DNA of 64,000 nt from Macrostomum lignano (Eukaryota), in NCBI GenBank assembly GCA_002269645.1, contig NIVC01000041.1:1-64000 (forward strand), written 5' to 3'. Every line of letters starts with the position of its first letter. The first letter of the stretch is position 1. The notes below the pieces were generated by a model that was not told the DNA's origin, ran no database searches, and saw only the letters and a program-made list of their open reading frames with translations. This document shows positions 31,309-55,960 of the stretch, in pieces. Made by a program: the position numbers and the translations under genes.

Positions 31309-31984
31309 GCTGTTAAGTTAATTGCAGGTAATTTCGTCGAAAATTTCTCTAACTGTTGCACTCGAAAATCTTCGACAGCAATGAATGCTTTTTTATTGAG
31401 AGAATGCAATTGTGGAAATATTTTCTGCGAGCTTCTGGTTGTTTGGCCGTCTGCTTTTTGCAAATGAAGAAGACTTTGGGGCTGTTCGCGTATTTCCCTG
31501 CCACCGCATGGCTCTCAGGGAAGGATATGGGAATTATTTGTACAGTTTTAGCCTCCCAAAAAACAAAAAAAACTGCCGAGAAAAAACCGCGCATGCGGCC
31601 TGCTGGTTCGAGGGGAATTGTGGTTGGGCAGGCAGGCAGCTGCCGGTGTCGAAAGCTTTGGCGCAACCGCAGTTTACCCTGCGGAATATCCGGGCGGGTA
31701 GATTGATTGGCCCAGATAAACTGCAGAATAAGTGCGCCTGCTGCAGCCAAGGTTTTGATATTTTAGAGGGGAAATGGGATCGCACTTTGATTCAGTGCGT
31801 GTCTGACGCCACCGAGGAGGGGAGGAGATTTGACCTAAAATTTTTGTTAAATACCAAAAACTGAGGAGCTCACCAGGGGTTAATTGAACACGGGAGTTGA
31901 AAAAATCTTGCAGCTGTGATTGACAGCACAGTTGGCAGGTGGCTTCTTGATGTGGCCGCTGCGGACAGTGTCCTCTTTATCGCA

Positions 31985-32585
31985 CTCCTCTCCTCTCCTC
32001 TCCTGTCCTCTCCTCTCCTCTCCTTTTTTCTGCTCTGCTCTCCTCTCCCTTCATCTCTCCCGTCATTTCCTCTCCTCTCCTCTCCTCTGCTCTTGCTCTC
32101 CCTCCATCTCTCCCATCATCTCCTCTCCTCTCCTCTCCTCTGCTCTTGCTCTCCCTTCATCTCTCCCATCATCTCCTCTCCTCTCCTCTCCTCTGCTCTT
32201 GCTCTCCCTTTATCTCTCCCGTCATCTCCTCTCCTCTCCTCTCCTCTGCTCTTGCTCTCCTCTCTTTTCCTCTCCTCTCCTCTCCCTGTAATTTCCTCTC
32301 CCATAATCTCCCCTCCTCTCCTCTCCTCTCCTCTCCTCTCCTCTCCTCTCCTCTCTTTTCCTCTCCTCTGCTCTGCTCTCCTCTCCTCTCCTCTCCTCTC
32401 CTCTCCTCTCCTCTCCTCTCCTCTCCTCTCCTCTCCTCTCCTCTCTTTTCCTCTCCTCTGCTCTGCTCTGCTCTGCTCTCCTCTCCTCTCCTCTCCTCTC
32501 CTCTCCTCTCCTCTCCTCTCCTCTCCTCTCCTCTCCTCTCCTCTCCTCTCCTCTCCTCTCCTCTCCTCTCCTCTCCTCTCCCTTC
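31985..32585. repeat. (CTCCT)n-based pyrimidine tract
   Basis: Direct. Confidence 0.96.
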
Positions 32586-33249
32586 TCTTATTCAATCAAG
32601 TCACTTTACAGCCACGCCGAGGTTGCAGCTTAGTGAATCGCAGTCATACGCTCGAACATTTAGAGACGTGAACTTATTGCATCTGGTACGATGGCGGCTG
32701 TTCATTTACACATTTTTATCCAACGCCTGCTTCGACCGTCAGAGTCGCATGAAATGCTATGCGGATCTGACGGTTCAAGAATCTCTCAAGCTGCATCTCG
32801 GCAGTGTCTTCAAGCAGGAAAGACACGCGAAGACCATCTGGCAGGCCTGCATATACATTATCCATTTGCTAGTTAGCCCCGCAACGAAAATCTGAACAAG
32901 CCGAGTAATTGAAAATCCCAATAGGCCCAAGATTGGGGTTCGGGATAATTGGATAGCGTTTGCAGGGAAGAACACGCACCTGATCCCTGCACTGCTGGTG
33001 CAGTTTAAGCTGACTTCCCCTAAGAATGAATCGGTCCGTATTTTTCGGCAGATAAAATCTATAGTAGGATTCCCTATATCCGGTCATCATGTACTTTTCC
33101 AAACCAACGACTTTCTTTATCTCCTTTGAAGATATAAGATCCTGTAATATTGTAATGGCCCTGCATCATTTTGAAAATTATGTATTTTGTTATACTCTGT
33201 GATGCTTTGTTAAACTTTGCCATTCCTAATAGCTTGCAGCACAAATAAT

Positions 33250-33570
33250 ACTGACACTACTGGCACTGCTGACGCTACTGACACTACTGACACTACTGAC
33301 TGACACTACTGGCACTGCTGACGCTACTGACACTACTGACTGACACTACTGGCACTGCTGACGCTACTGACACTACTGACTGACACTACTGACACTACTG
33401 ACACTACTGATACTACTGACTGACACTACTGACACTACTGACTGACACTACTGACACTACTGACACTACTGATACTACTGACTGACACTACTGACACTAC
33501 TGACACTACTGATACTACTGACTGACACTACTGACACTACTGACTGACACTACTGACACTACTGACTTTC
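33250..33570. repeat. (ACTACTGAC)n-type repeat
   Basis: Direct. Confidence 0.93.
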
Positions 33571-33949
33571 TATTGCGTAGCTTTTGTATTCAACACAAAT
33601 ATAAAATCAGGTCGCACCCTGTGTACTCGTACGAGAAAACGGAAACACACCAGAAGTGCAGATCTACCGAATTGCCATTTCAACGGCTGCTGATTGCCCC
33701 CCCCCCAGCAACAGACCCCAGGCTTTTTGCCCGGGGAGTTCGGCTCCCCTCAACAGTTCGCTACGTGCCAGAACTTGTTATGTCAAGCAGTTCCTCTTGA
33801 CTTTGAAAGGCGCTCTGTACGACAGGTCTGTTTGACTCTCCGAGCCTTCATCTATTCGCATTTTACAAGTAAGACACTTCATCCTCTGGTCGCTAAGCAT
33901 CTTAGGCAGCATTTGCAGTATCGGGCACTGAACTTCAGCTTTCCATGTA

Positions 33950-34800
33950 TCACTGCTACAGCTTCATCAGTGTAACTCCTACAGCTTCATCAGTGTCACT
34001 CTTACAGCTTCATCTGTGTCACTCCTACAGCTTCATCTGTGTCACTCCTACAGCTTCATCTGTGTCACTCCTACAGCTTCATCAGTGTCACTCTTACAGC
34101 TTCATCTGTGTCACTCCTACAGCTTCATCTGTGTCACTCCTACAGCTTCATCAGTGTCACTCCTACAGCTTCATCTGTGTCACTCCTACAGCTTCATCAG
34201 TGTCACTCTTACAGCTTCATCTGTTTCACTGCTACAGCTTCATCTGTGTCACTCCTACAGCTTCATCTGTGTCACTCCTACAGCTTCATCAGTGTCACTC
34301 TTGCAGCTTCATCAGTGTCACTCCTACAGCTTCATCTGTGTCACTCCTACAGCTTCATCTGTGTCACTCCTACAGCTTCATCTGTGTCACTCCTACAGCT
34401 TCATCAGTGTCACTCTTACAGCTTCATCTGTGTCACTCCTACAGCTTCATCTGTGTCACTCCTACAGCTTCATCAGTGTCACTCCTACAGCTTCATCTGT
34501 GTCACTCCTACAGCTTCATCAGTGTCACTCCTACAGCTTCATCTGTGTCACTCCTAAAGCTTCATCAGTGTCACTCCTGCAGCTTCATCTGTGTCACTCC
34601 TACAGCTTCATCTGTGTCACTCCTACAGCTTCATCAGTGTCACTCCTAAAGTCTCACCTGTGTCATTCGTACAGCATTTTCAGTGTCACTCCTACAACTT
34701 CATGTGTGTCACTCCTACAGCCTCACCTGTGTCACTCGTACAGCATTTCAGTGTCACTCCTACAACTTCACGTGTGTCACTCCTACAATCTTATCTGTCA
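33950..34800. repeat. 23-bp minisatellite TGTGTCACTCCTACAGCTTCATC
   Basis: Direct. Confidence 0.95.
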
Positions 34801-35216
34801 TTGTAATTTAAATTTTAAAGTAAGTTAAAGTTAGAGTTCATTTTTCGCAGCACACTACTTATTGATAGGCAAGTAGACAATTTTTTTCAAATTCAAAAAA
34901 TAAATAGCAAAACTGATCCTTTTCTCAACTGAGATAATATTTTCCGAACGAAGTTAAAAGTACAGTCAAAGTTCAGGTGCTCAGCGCGAGGACTATAATT
35001 TCGTTGCCTGTGTGTTAGCCTGAGCCAGAGCACGTTGGCAGGCTGCCAGAATGAATGAATGATGCCAGCAGATTTATATTTTTGCCTTGCCCTTTTCGCG
35101 TCAGCTAGAAATGAGAAAATAAAAATATTTGTTTTAGTCTTAATTGTTGAAATTCTTAGTTAAATTTCGGTTGCTAGGGTATCCTGAATATCGGCTAAGC
35201 CAGTGGCTTCGTTGCT

Positions 35217-37362
35217 TCACCAAAGATTTCTTCTTTTGCCGCGCAGGGGCTTGAATCCCCTAGCGTAGATTATGTCCTCGCTGGCCCACGGGATCTGGCT
35301 GCCGAACTGGATGTCTGCGGGTAATTTGTTGCGGGCGCTTATAAGGTGCTTTGGGGGCGCTTATCAGGGTAATTTGGGGGCGCTTATCAGGGTAATTTGG
35401 GGCTTTGTGGGCGCTTTTAAGGGTGCTTTGGGGGCGCTTATCAGGGTAATTTATGAGCGCTTGTAAGGGTGCTTTGGGACGCTTATCAGGGTAATTTATG
35501 AGCGCTTGTAAGGGTGCTTTGGGACGCTTATCAGGGTAATTTATGAGCGCTTGTAAGGGTAATTTGGGGCTTTGTGGGCGCTTTTAAGGGTGCTTTGGGG
35601 GCGCTTATCAGGGTAATTTATGAGCGCTTGTAAGGGTGCTTTGGGACGCTTATCAGGGTAATTTATGAGCGCTTGTAAGGGTAATTTGGGGCTTTGTGGG
35701 CGCTTTTAAGGGTGCTTTGGGGGCGCTTATCAGGGTAATTTATGAGCGCTTGTAAGGGTGCTTTGGGACGCTTATCAGGGTAATTTATGAGCGCTTGTAA
35801 GGGTGCTTTGGGACGCTTATAAGGGTGCTTTGGGGGCGCTTATCAGGGTAATTTATGAGCGCTTGTAAGGGTGCTTTGGGACGCTTATCAGGGTAATTTA
35901 TGAGCGCTTGTAAGGGTGCTTTGGGGGGGCTTATACGTAAGGGTGCTTTGGGGGCGCTTATCAGGGTAATTTGGGGGCGCTTATCAGGGTAATTTGGGGG
36001 CGCTTATCAGGGTAATTTGGGGGCGCTTGTAAGGGTGCTTTGGGACGCTTATAAGGGTGCTTTGGGAGCGCTTATAAGAGTGCTTTGGGGGGGGGCTTAT
36101 ACGTAAGGGTGCTTTGGGGGCGCTTATCAGGGTAATTTGGGGGCGCTTATCAGGGTAATTTGGGGGCGCTTATAAGGGTAATTTGGGGGCGCTTATCAGG
36201 GTAATTTGGGGGCGCTTATCAGGGTAATTTGGGGGCGCTTGTAAGGGTGCTTTGGGACACTTATAAGGGTGCTTTGGGGGGGGGCTTATAAAGGTGTTTT
36301 GGGGGCGCATAAAAATTTTGCTTTGGGGGCGCTTCTGAGGGTGCTTTGGGGGCGCTTATAAGGGTGCTTGGGGGCGCTTATAAGGGTGCTTTAGGAGCGC
36401 TTATAAGGGTGCTTTGGAGGCGCTTATAAGGGTGCTTTGGGGGCGCTTATAAGGTGCTTTGGAGGCGCTTATAAGGGTGCTTGGGGGCGCTTATAAGGGT
36501 GCTTTAGGAGCGCTTATAAGGGTGCTTTGGGGGGCTTATACGTAGGGTTATTTGGGGGCGCTTATATGATGTACTATATATATATTTACGTCGTATATGC
36601 TCTTTTATTTCTGGGCAATCTTTCAACGGATACAATTAACTCTCTCAGTGAGATTCCTATAATTGACGCTGTCATGCTTAATTGGTTACTAATTAATCCG
36701 CCACTGATAAAGCACTGGCTACTAATCAATCCATACAATAATATTGTAAATTCTCACTATCTACATGCACACAGTCATGATTGGATTTCATAGAAAAGTA
36801 CATTCTGTCCTAATTTGCCCAATTACTCAATACTCACCGTAGGTTTTGTACCGTTTTTTCACCTGGCCCGTGGTCGTTTGCACTTTGTAGTTGAAACTGC
36901 CTGCAATTTAGGGAATAGGAATGCTATCTATTTATAAAACTACGACTTCAAAAGTTGCGGTCAAATTATAAATTCCAATTAGTCAAGCTGCATTGAAGAA
37001 CAGGATGGAGTTAAAAGGAGAGGAGAGGAGAGGAGAGGAGAGGAGAGGAGAGGAGAGGAGAGGAGAGGAGAGGAGAGGAGAGGAGAGGAGAGGAGAGGAG
37101 AGGAAAAAGTTGAAAGATGGGTAGCAGGCGGAGGTTCAGCAGAGGTCTAGCAATTTATCGTGTTGCTACAGTAACGAGTTAATAAAAGTATCGCTATTGC
37201 CCTTTGAAGCGAAGTTGTCCCGTTAAAACTTTGATGCGCCCGTTGAACTCGCGCGGTTGCCTCACCTTCTTCATCAGCATCCCGCTGCGTTTCCAACTGG
37301 AGGGCGCCAGCGGTAACCAATAACAACAGTAGCGTTGTGGCAAGTCTTAGATGAAGGAACAT
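35217..37362 (-). CDS. Secreted prohormone-like precursor, 85 aa, with amidation signal (..YARGFKPLR-G-KRR)
   Basis: Exons 37362-37266 (ATG, signal peptide MFLHLRLATTLLLLLVTAGA; donor G|GTGAGG), 36900-36838 (ttgcAG..G|GTGAGT; SFNYKVQTTTGQVKKRYKTY), 35314-35217 (ccgcAG; DIQFGSQIPWASEDIIYARGFKPLRGKRRNLW*). All junctions are phase 1 and the frame is open. Confidence 0.75.
35320..36560. repeat. About 22-bp minisatellite family GGGGCGCTTAT(C/A)AGGGT(AAT/GCT)TT
   Basis: Direct; fills intron 2 of the prohormone gene. Confidence 0.93.
37015..37105. repeat. (GGAGA)n
   Basis: Direct. Confidence 0.95.
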
Positions 37363-37475
37363 TTTTACCTGTTGCCTTTAATTTGACTGTGGAGAGGCTG
37401 AGAGTCGCATGGGGGGCAAAGTTCGAAATTTAAGGATTAAATTCTATTCCAAAGTAGATCCTCTGCTCAAATCTG

Positions 37476-37480
37476 ATTGG
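37476..37480 (-). promoter_or_regulatory. CCAAT box upstream of the prohormone gene
   Basis: Plus-strand ATTGG about 115 bp upstream of the ATG; short motif, may be chance. Confidence 0.3.
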
Positions 37481-37929
37481 ACGAGCCGTCATCAAGAGCT
37501 TCGAAGCTGATTTGGGACCAATGATGGAAATCGCTGCATCAAATATGATCCAAAAAACTGGTTGATGAACTGTCATAAATTTCAGCCAGGTTATTTACAG
37601 TTTAATCGGGGCTGGGTGCCAAATGATAAGCCAATTCACTTCAGCTCCTTTCTGAGTCAAACTTTTGAGAAAAAAAGCATTTTATATTTCTTCTAAATGA
37701 AATCCAGAATAGAAAATGATTTATTTAAAAAAAGCCGAGGGCAGAGAGGATAAAAGTCTCCCCAGACTATCGTAGTATTTTTTGAATAGCGAGAAAATTT
37801 AAAGCTAATAATTTCGTATCGGCCTGTGTGAAAATGGGGCTGCAAATCACAGCATGGGAGGCTCTTGACTGGCTTTAACGAGGTCTTTTGGAACATAAGA
37901 CTGATTTCTTGTGGAGAAAAGATTGATAG

Positions 37930-38320
37930 ATACAGTGAAAGGATACTGACAGATAGAGTGACAAGAGAGTGACAGACAGAGTGAAAAGAGAGTGACAGAA
38001 GGAGTGAAGGGATAGTGACAGAAGGAGTGAAAGGATAGTGACAGAAGGAGTGAAAGGATAGTGACAGACAGAGTGAAGGGATAGTGACAGAAGGAGTGAA
38101 AAGATAGTGACAGACAGAGTGAAAGGATAGTGACAGACAGAGTGAAAGGATAGTGACAGACAGAGTGAAAGGATAAGTACAGATATAGTGAAAGGATAGT
38201 GAATGAGGAAAGAAAAGAGAGTGACAGCAGGAGTGAAAAGAGAGTGACAGAAAGTGTGAAAAAAGGATGACATGAGTGAAAGAAGAGTGACAGAAGATTG
38301 AGGGCAGAGTGACAGGAGTG
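37930..38320. repeat. Degenerate about 22-bp purine-rich repeat GTGACAGACAGAGTGAAAGGATA
   Basis: Direct. Confidence 0.85.
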
Positions 38321-38367
38321 AAAAAAGCCAGAAATGCACTAAACAACAGCAAATACGCGATCAGAGC

Positions 38368-40326
<1,959 letters not shown>

Positions 40327-41252
40327 CGTGCGGTTATCGGCAGTGTCAGCTGCTGGCTAAATATGTAACTATAGTGCTGCAAAAGGACTGCCTGCTTCGA
40401 TTTAATATTCATAACTTCCGCGTTTCTGGGCAGAGGTGGGCCACAGACTACAGGAATTACTAGTATATGGCAATACAAAACGGCCATACATATTGCTCAT
40501 TAAATCATGATGTCTATGGTTGACACCCACACCCCATGGCCCATAATTCATCAACGCAGCTCATGCGCTCGTATAACTCAGCCACATAGTCTATGGTACA
40601 ATCACAATATTACTTTGTGGGCGATGATGAAAAAGCCAGAGGGCGCCGAATATACCAACAATTCATACTTTGCTAATTTATTCTTAATAGCAACTACAAC
40701 TATATAGCTCAACTATAAGAGATAAAATAAAGAAGCGCAACGAAGCAAAAAACGAGAGAAAGAAGTGAGACTGCTGTCAATGGGATTACAGGAATACAAT
40801 GGGATTGCAGAGAACGAAATGTCCGGTCTCTCATCGGACGGAACTTCAATTCGTGACAACGTTGTTCGATTTTTCATTTCCCGATTAGCTTCGAAAAGGA
40901 CGCTTTGCCTCTGACTGTATTCTGCTCTGATTCTTTAATCGACTATCACCCTTGATAGCCACGTGATCATGGTCCCATAGTGATGACCTTCGAACGATAC
41001 TAAGACACAAAAAAATTTTGCAACCCTAAAAAATTGCACTTTGAAAGTTCATGGAAGTGGGAATTTATAAATTAAGGGCTTAAGTTTTAACTTGAAAATT
41101 AAGTATAAAGAAATTTAAATTGGAAGGTTTTTAAACTTTATTTGAAACAGCAAGCATAAGATCCCACTCAATAGGGGTTACTATTAGTAGTAACCATCAG
41201 CTTTTGTCAGCGTTGTTAAAGAGATAAATGAAATATTTAGTTCATGACAGAG

Positions 41253-43121
<1,869 letters not shown>

Positions 43122-43467
43122 GCAGAATGCTGCTGCAGCAAATCCCAGATGTTACTGTGAAGGTTTGGTGCATCGATTGCCAGGCAGTGCCCGCTTCATT
43201 TTTATTGAGGCCGGCTTGATTTGCAGAGGAGTGGAGAAGGGAGGAAAGATGGGACGAGAGTCAGGAGGCAACCCCCATTTTAGCCGCACAACAATTCACG
43301 ATTGTGCTCACCTAGACTCAGAGCTGTTCTCAACCGTGCTTTCACAATCTTTCATCCTCTCTTGGACCGCACTGGATACTTTGAGTCTCAATGCTCAGCG
43401 GAGATGGGCTGAAAATCCCCCTATTCACCGGAAGTCGACTCCCTAGAGCACCGAGACTGCTGATTTT

Positions 43468-43495
43468 GTTGTCCTTAGCAACGGACAATAGCAAC
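43468..43495. promoter_or_regulatory. RFX X-box-like motif GTTGTCCTTAGCAAC plus a second TAGCAAC half-site
   Basis: About 350 bp upstream of the Ly6 ATG; imperfect left half-site. Confidence 0.35.
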
Positions 43496-43559
43496 CGGGC
43501 TCATTCTTGGCGCGTATTGTGTGGGCATGAACAAAAACTTGGCTAGTTTATGGGTCATA

Positions 43560-44840
43560 TAGCTATAGCTCACTGACTACAGCTCACTGACTACAGCTCA
43601 CTGACTATAGCTCACTGACTATAGCTCACTGACTATAGCTCACTGACTATAGCTCACTGACTATAGCTCACTGACTATAGCTCACTGACTATAGCTCACT
43701 GACTACAGCTCACTGACTACAGCTCACTGACTATAGCTCACTGACTACATCTCACTGACTATAGCTCACTGACTACATCTCACTGACTATAGCTCACTGA
43801 CTATAGCTCACTGACTATAGCTCACTGACTATAGCTCACTGACTATAGCTCACTGACTATAGCTCACTGACTATAGCTCACTGACTACATCTCACTGACT
43901 ATAGCTCACTGACTACATCTCACTGACTATAGCTCACTGACTACATCTCACTGACTATAGCTCACTGACTATAGCTCACTGACTATAGCTCACTGACTAT
44001 AGCTCACTGACTACAGCTCACTGACTACAGCTCACTGACTATAGCTCACTGACTACATCTCACTGACTATAGCTCACTGACTACATCTCACTGACTATAG
44101 CTCACTGACTATAGCTCACTGACTATAGCTCACTGACTATAGCTCACTGACTATAGCTCACTGACTATAGCTCACTGACTATAGCTCACTGACTATAGCT
44201 CACTGACTATAGCTCACTGACTACAGCTCACTGACTACAGCTCACTGACTATAGCTCACTGACTACATCTCACTGACTATAGCTCACTGACTACATCTCA
44301 CTGACTATAGCTCACTGACTACAGCTCACTGACTATAGCTCACTGACTACAGCTCACTGACTACATCTCACTGACTATAGCTCACTGACTACATCTCACT
44401 GACTATAGCTCACTGACTACAGCTCACTGACTACAGCTCACTGACTATAGCTCACTGACTATAGCTCACTGACTATAGCTCACTGACTACAGCTCACTGA
44501 CTACATCTCACTGACTATAGCTCACTGACTACAGCTCACTGACTACATCTCACTGACTACATCTCACTGACTATAGCTCACTGACTATAGCTCACTGACT
44601 ATAGCTCACTGACTATAGCTCACTAACTACAGCTCACTGACTATAGCTCACTGACTATAGCTCACTGACTATAGCTCACTGACTATAGCTCACTGACTAT
44701 AGCTCACTGACTATAGCTCACTAACTACAGCTCACTGACTATAGCTCACTGACTATAGCTCACTGACTATAGCTCACTGACTATAGCTCACTGACTATAG
44801 CTCACTGACTATAGCTCACTGACTGCAGCTCACTAACTAT
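43560..44840. repeat. 14-bp repeat (AGCTCACTGACTAT)n, about 90 copies
   Basis: Direct. Confidence 0.97.
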
Positions 44841-45354
44841 AAATTTTGGAACTTCTATATGAATAAATAATCAGAACTAGAAATAATTACAATTCTTAGA
44901 TAATCTGTCAGTGTAAGCCAGAGTGCATAACACACAAACGGACACATAATACATCGCAGTATATTTATTTATATGCAAGTCACAGTCGCCGTCGAGCTCC
45001 CCCACATTGGCGCGGTGTGTCAGAACTGCGCAAGAGGTGATGAAAGTGCGAAATGTATAAAAGACAACAATTATTTTTGTCGAGTACAAAAATACGTAAT
45101 TCAAAAAGAAACAAATACAACAAGTACAGATTAACAAAAAAATTTAAAAAATTCTCCTTGTCATTTTGGCCAGATACCGCCGGTTGGGTGCGTGCAAAAT
45201 GGGTTGTTAGCAAAATAACAAAAATAAACATATTTGAAAATCATCTTTTACTGTTTCTCTGATTCATCTGGCACAATAAAACAAAAGAAAACAAAGAAAG
45301 CATGGGAAAACAAAGAGTTCATTGCTGCTGCTGTTGGTTCTGATGCCCCACTCT

Positions 45355-47130
45355 GGCCCGAAATCCCGAAATCCCTAACTCCCGATTTTGTCCCAAAATC
45401 CCAACTTGATCCTGAAGAAATCCCAACTCGATCGCGAACGACTCCCAATTAGATCACGAAAAAATCCCAATTCGATCCTGAAGAAATCCCAATTCGATCT
45501 TTCTATAGAAATCCCAATTCGATCCTATAGAAATCCCAATTCGATCTTTCTATAGAAATCCCAATTCGATCTTTCTATAGAAATCCTAATTCGATCCCGA
45601 AGAAATCCCAATTCGATCCTGAAGAAATCACATTTCGATCTTTCTATAGAAATCCCAATTCGATCTTTCTATAGAAATCCCAATTCGATCTTTCTATAGA
45701 AATCCCAATTCGATCTTTCTATAGAAATCCCAATTCGATCCTATAGAAATCCCAATTCGATCTTTCTATAGAAATCCCAATTCGATCTTTCTATAGAAAT
45801 CCCAATTCGATCTTTCTATAGAAATCCCAATTCGATCCTATAGAAATCCCAATTCGATCTTTCTATAGAAATCCCAATTCGATCCGATAGAAATCCCAAT
45901 TCGATCTTTCTATAGAAATCCCAATTCGATCCGATAGAAATCCCAATTCGATCCGATAGAAATCCCAATTCGATCCGATAGAAATCCCAATTCGATCTTT
46001 CTATAGAAATCCCAATTCGATCTTTCTATAGAAATCCCAATTCGATCCTATAGAAATCCCAATTCGATCCGATAGAAATCCCAATTCGATCCTATAGAAA
46101 TCCCAATTCGATCCTATAGAAATCCCAATTCGATCCTATAGAAATCCCAATTCGATCTTTCTATAGAAATCCCAATTCGATCCGATAGAAATCCCAATTC
46201 GATCCTATAGAAATCCCAATTCGATCTTTCTATAGAAATCCCAATTCGATCCTATAGAAATCCCAATTCGATCCTATAGAAATCCCAATTCGATCCTATA
46301 GAAATCCCAATTCGATCTTTCTATAGAAATCCCAATTCGATCCTATAGAAATCCCAATTCGATCCTATAGAAATCCCAATTCGATCTTTCTATAGAAATC
46401 CCAATTCGATCCGATAGAAATCCCAATTCGATCCTATAGAAATCCCAATTCGATCCTATAGAAATCCCAATTCGATCCGATAGAAATCCCAATTCGATCC
46501 GATAGAAATCCCAATTCGATCCGATAGAAATCACAATTCGATCCTATAGAAATCCCAATTCGATCTTTCTATAGAAATCCCAATTCGATCCTATAGAAAT
46601 CCCAATTCGATCCGATAGAAATCCCAATTCGATCCTATAGAAATCCCAATTCGATCCGATAGAAATCCCAATTCGATCCGATAGAAATCCCAATTCGATC
46701 CGATAGAAATCCCAATTCGATCCTATAGAAATCCCAATTCGATCCTATAGAAATCCCAATTCGATCTTTCTATAGAAATCCCAATTCGATCTTTCTATAG
46801 AAATCCCAATTCGATCTTTCTATAGAAATCCCAATTCGATCTTTCTATAGAAATCCCAATTCGATCTTTCTATAGAAATCCCAATTCGATCTTTCTATAG
46901 AAATCCCAATTCGATCTTTCTATAGAAATCCCAATTCGATCTTTCTATAGAAATCCCAATTAGATCCGATAGAAATCCCAATTCGATCCTATAGAAATCC
47001 CAATTATATCCCGAATAAATCCCAATTCGATTTTATAGATATCCCAGTTCGATCCTATAGAATTCTCATTTCGATCCCATAGAAATGCCTATTCGATCCT
47101 ATAGAAATCCCAAGTCGATCCCGAACAAAT
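45355..47130. repeat. 22/26-bp minisatellite GAAATCCCAATTCGATC(CTATA/TTTCTATA/CGATA)
   Basis: Direct; same family at 48650-48900. Confidence 0.96.
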
Positions 47131-47251
47131 CCAGCCCAATAAAGCAGCAGCAACATGCAGAACTTTCTGCCTCACTAATGCATTTTTGCAGCGAAGCCCT
47201 ATTTTGCCACATCCGTGTACTTTAATTGTCCGTGATTTCTACCTGAAGCGG

Positions 47252-55481
<8,230 letters not shown>

Positions 55482-55699
55482 GAATGGGCGGAAGAGACTG
55501 GGTGCCAACCCTTGCAGAGGTCAGCTGTGCTGCAGTTCAGCCCTGGCCGCCTTGGCTGGAACAGTTGTCAGGCATGTGTGCACGCGAATCAAAGCCAGTG
55601 TTGCGGGGCGATGAGCGGCCAGACAAAGCCCGCCAATAATCTGGCGGCTAAAATTTCTCCAACAAAAAAGAAACTTAAAGTGCGAGCCGAAGCAAGATG

Positions 55700-55732
<33 letters not shown>

Positions 55733-55788
55733 GGGCCAAGCCCGTTAACAGAGCGTTTCTTTCTTCTTCTCTTTCCATTTTACTCACC

Positions 55789-55960
55789 ATCTCGACACGT
55801 CTCTCGGCCGCAGCTCCCACAGCTCTCTTTCCGTAGCAGACCAGCTGTTCGAACGACTAGTGCTATGCCCCCCCCCCGACGAATCGAGTAGGGGGAGGGG
55901 TGGCTCACCGGGGGTTACGCAGTTGCTGAGTGCGTAAAAGCTCTGCGGCTGATTGGCTGC
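55789..55960 (-). promoter_or_regulatory. Putative HUNK promoter (CCAAT) and non-coding first exon
   Basis: Minus-strand GCAGCCAAT at 55952-55960 (same 9-mer as 11304-11312); downstream donor ATG|GTGAGT near 55788. Confidence 0.4.
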
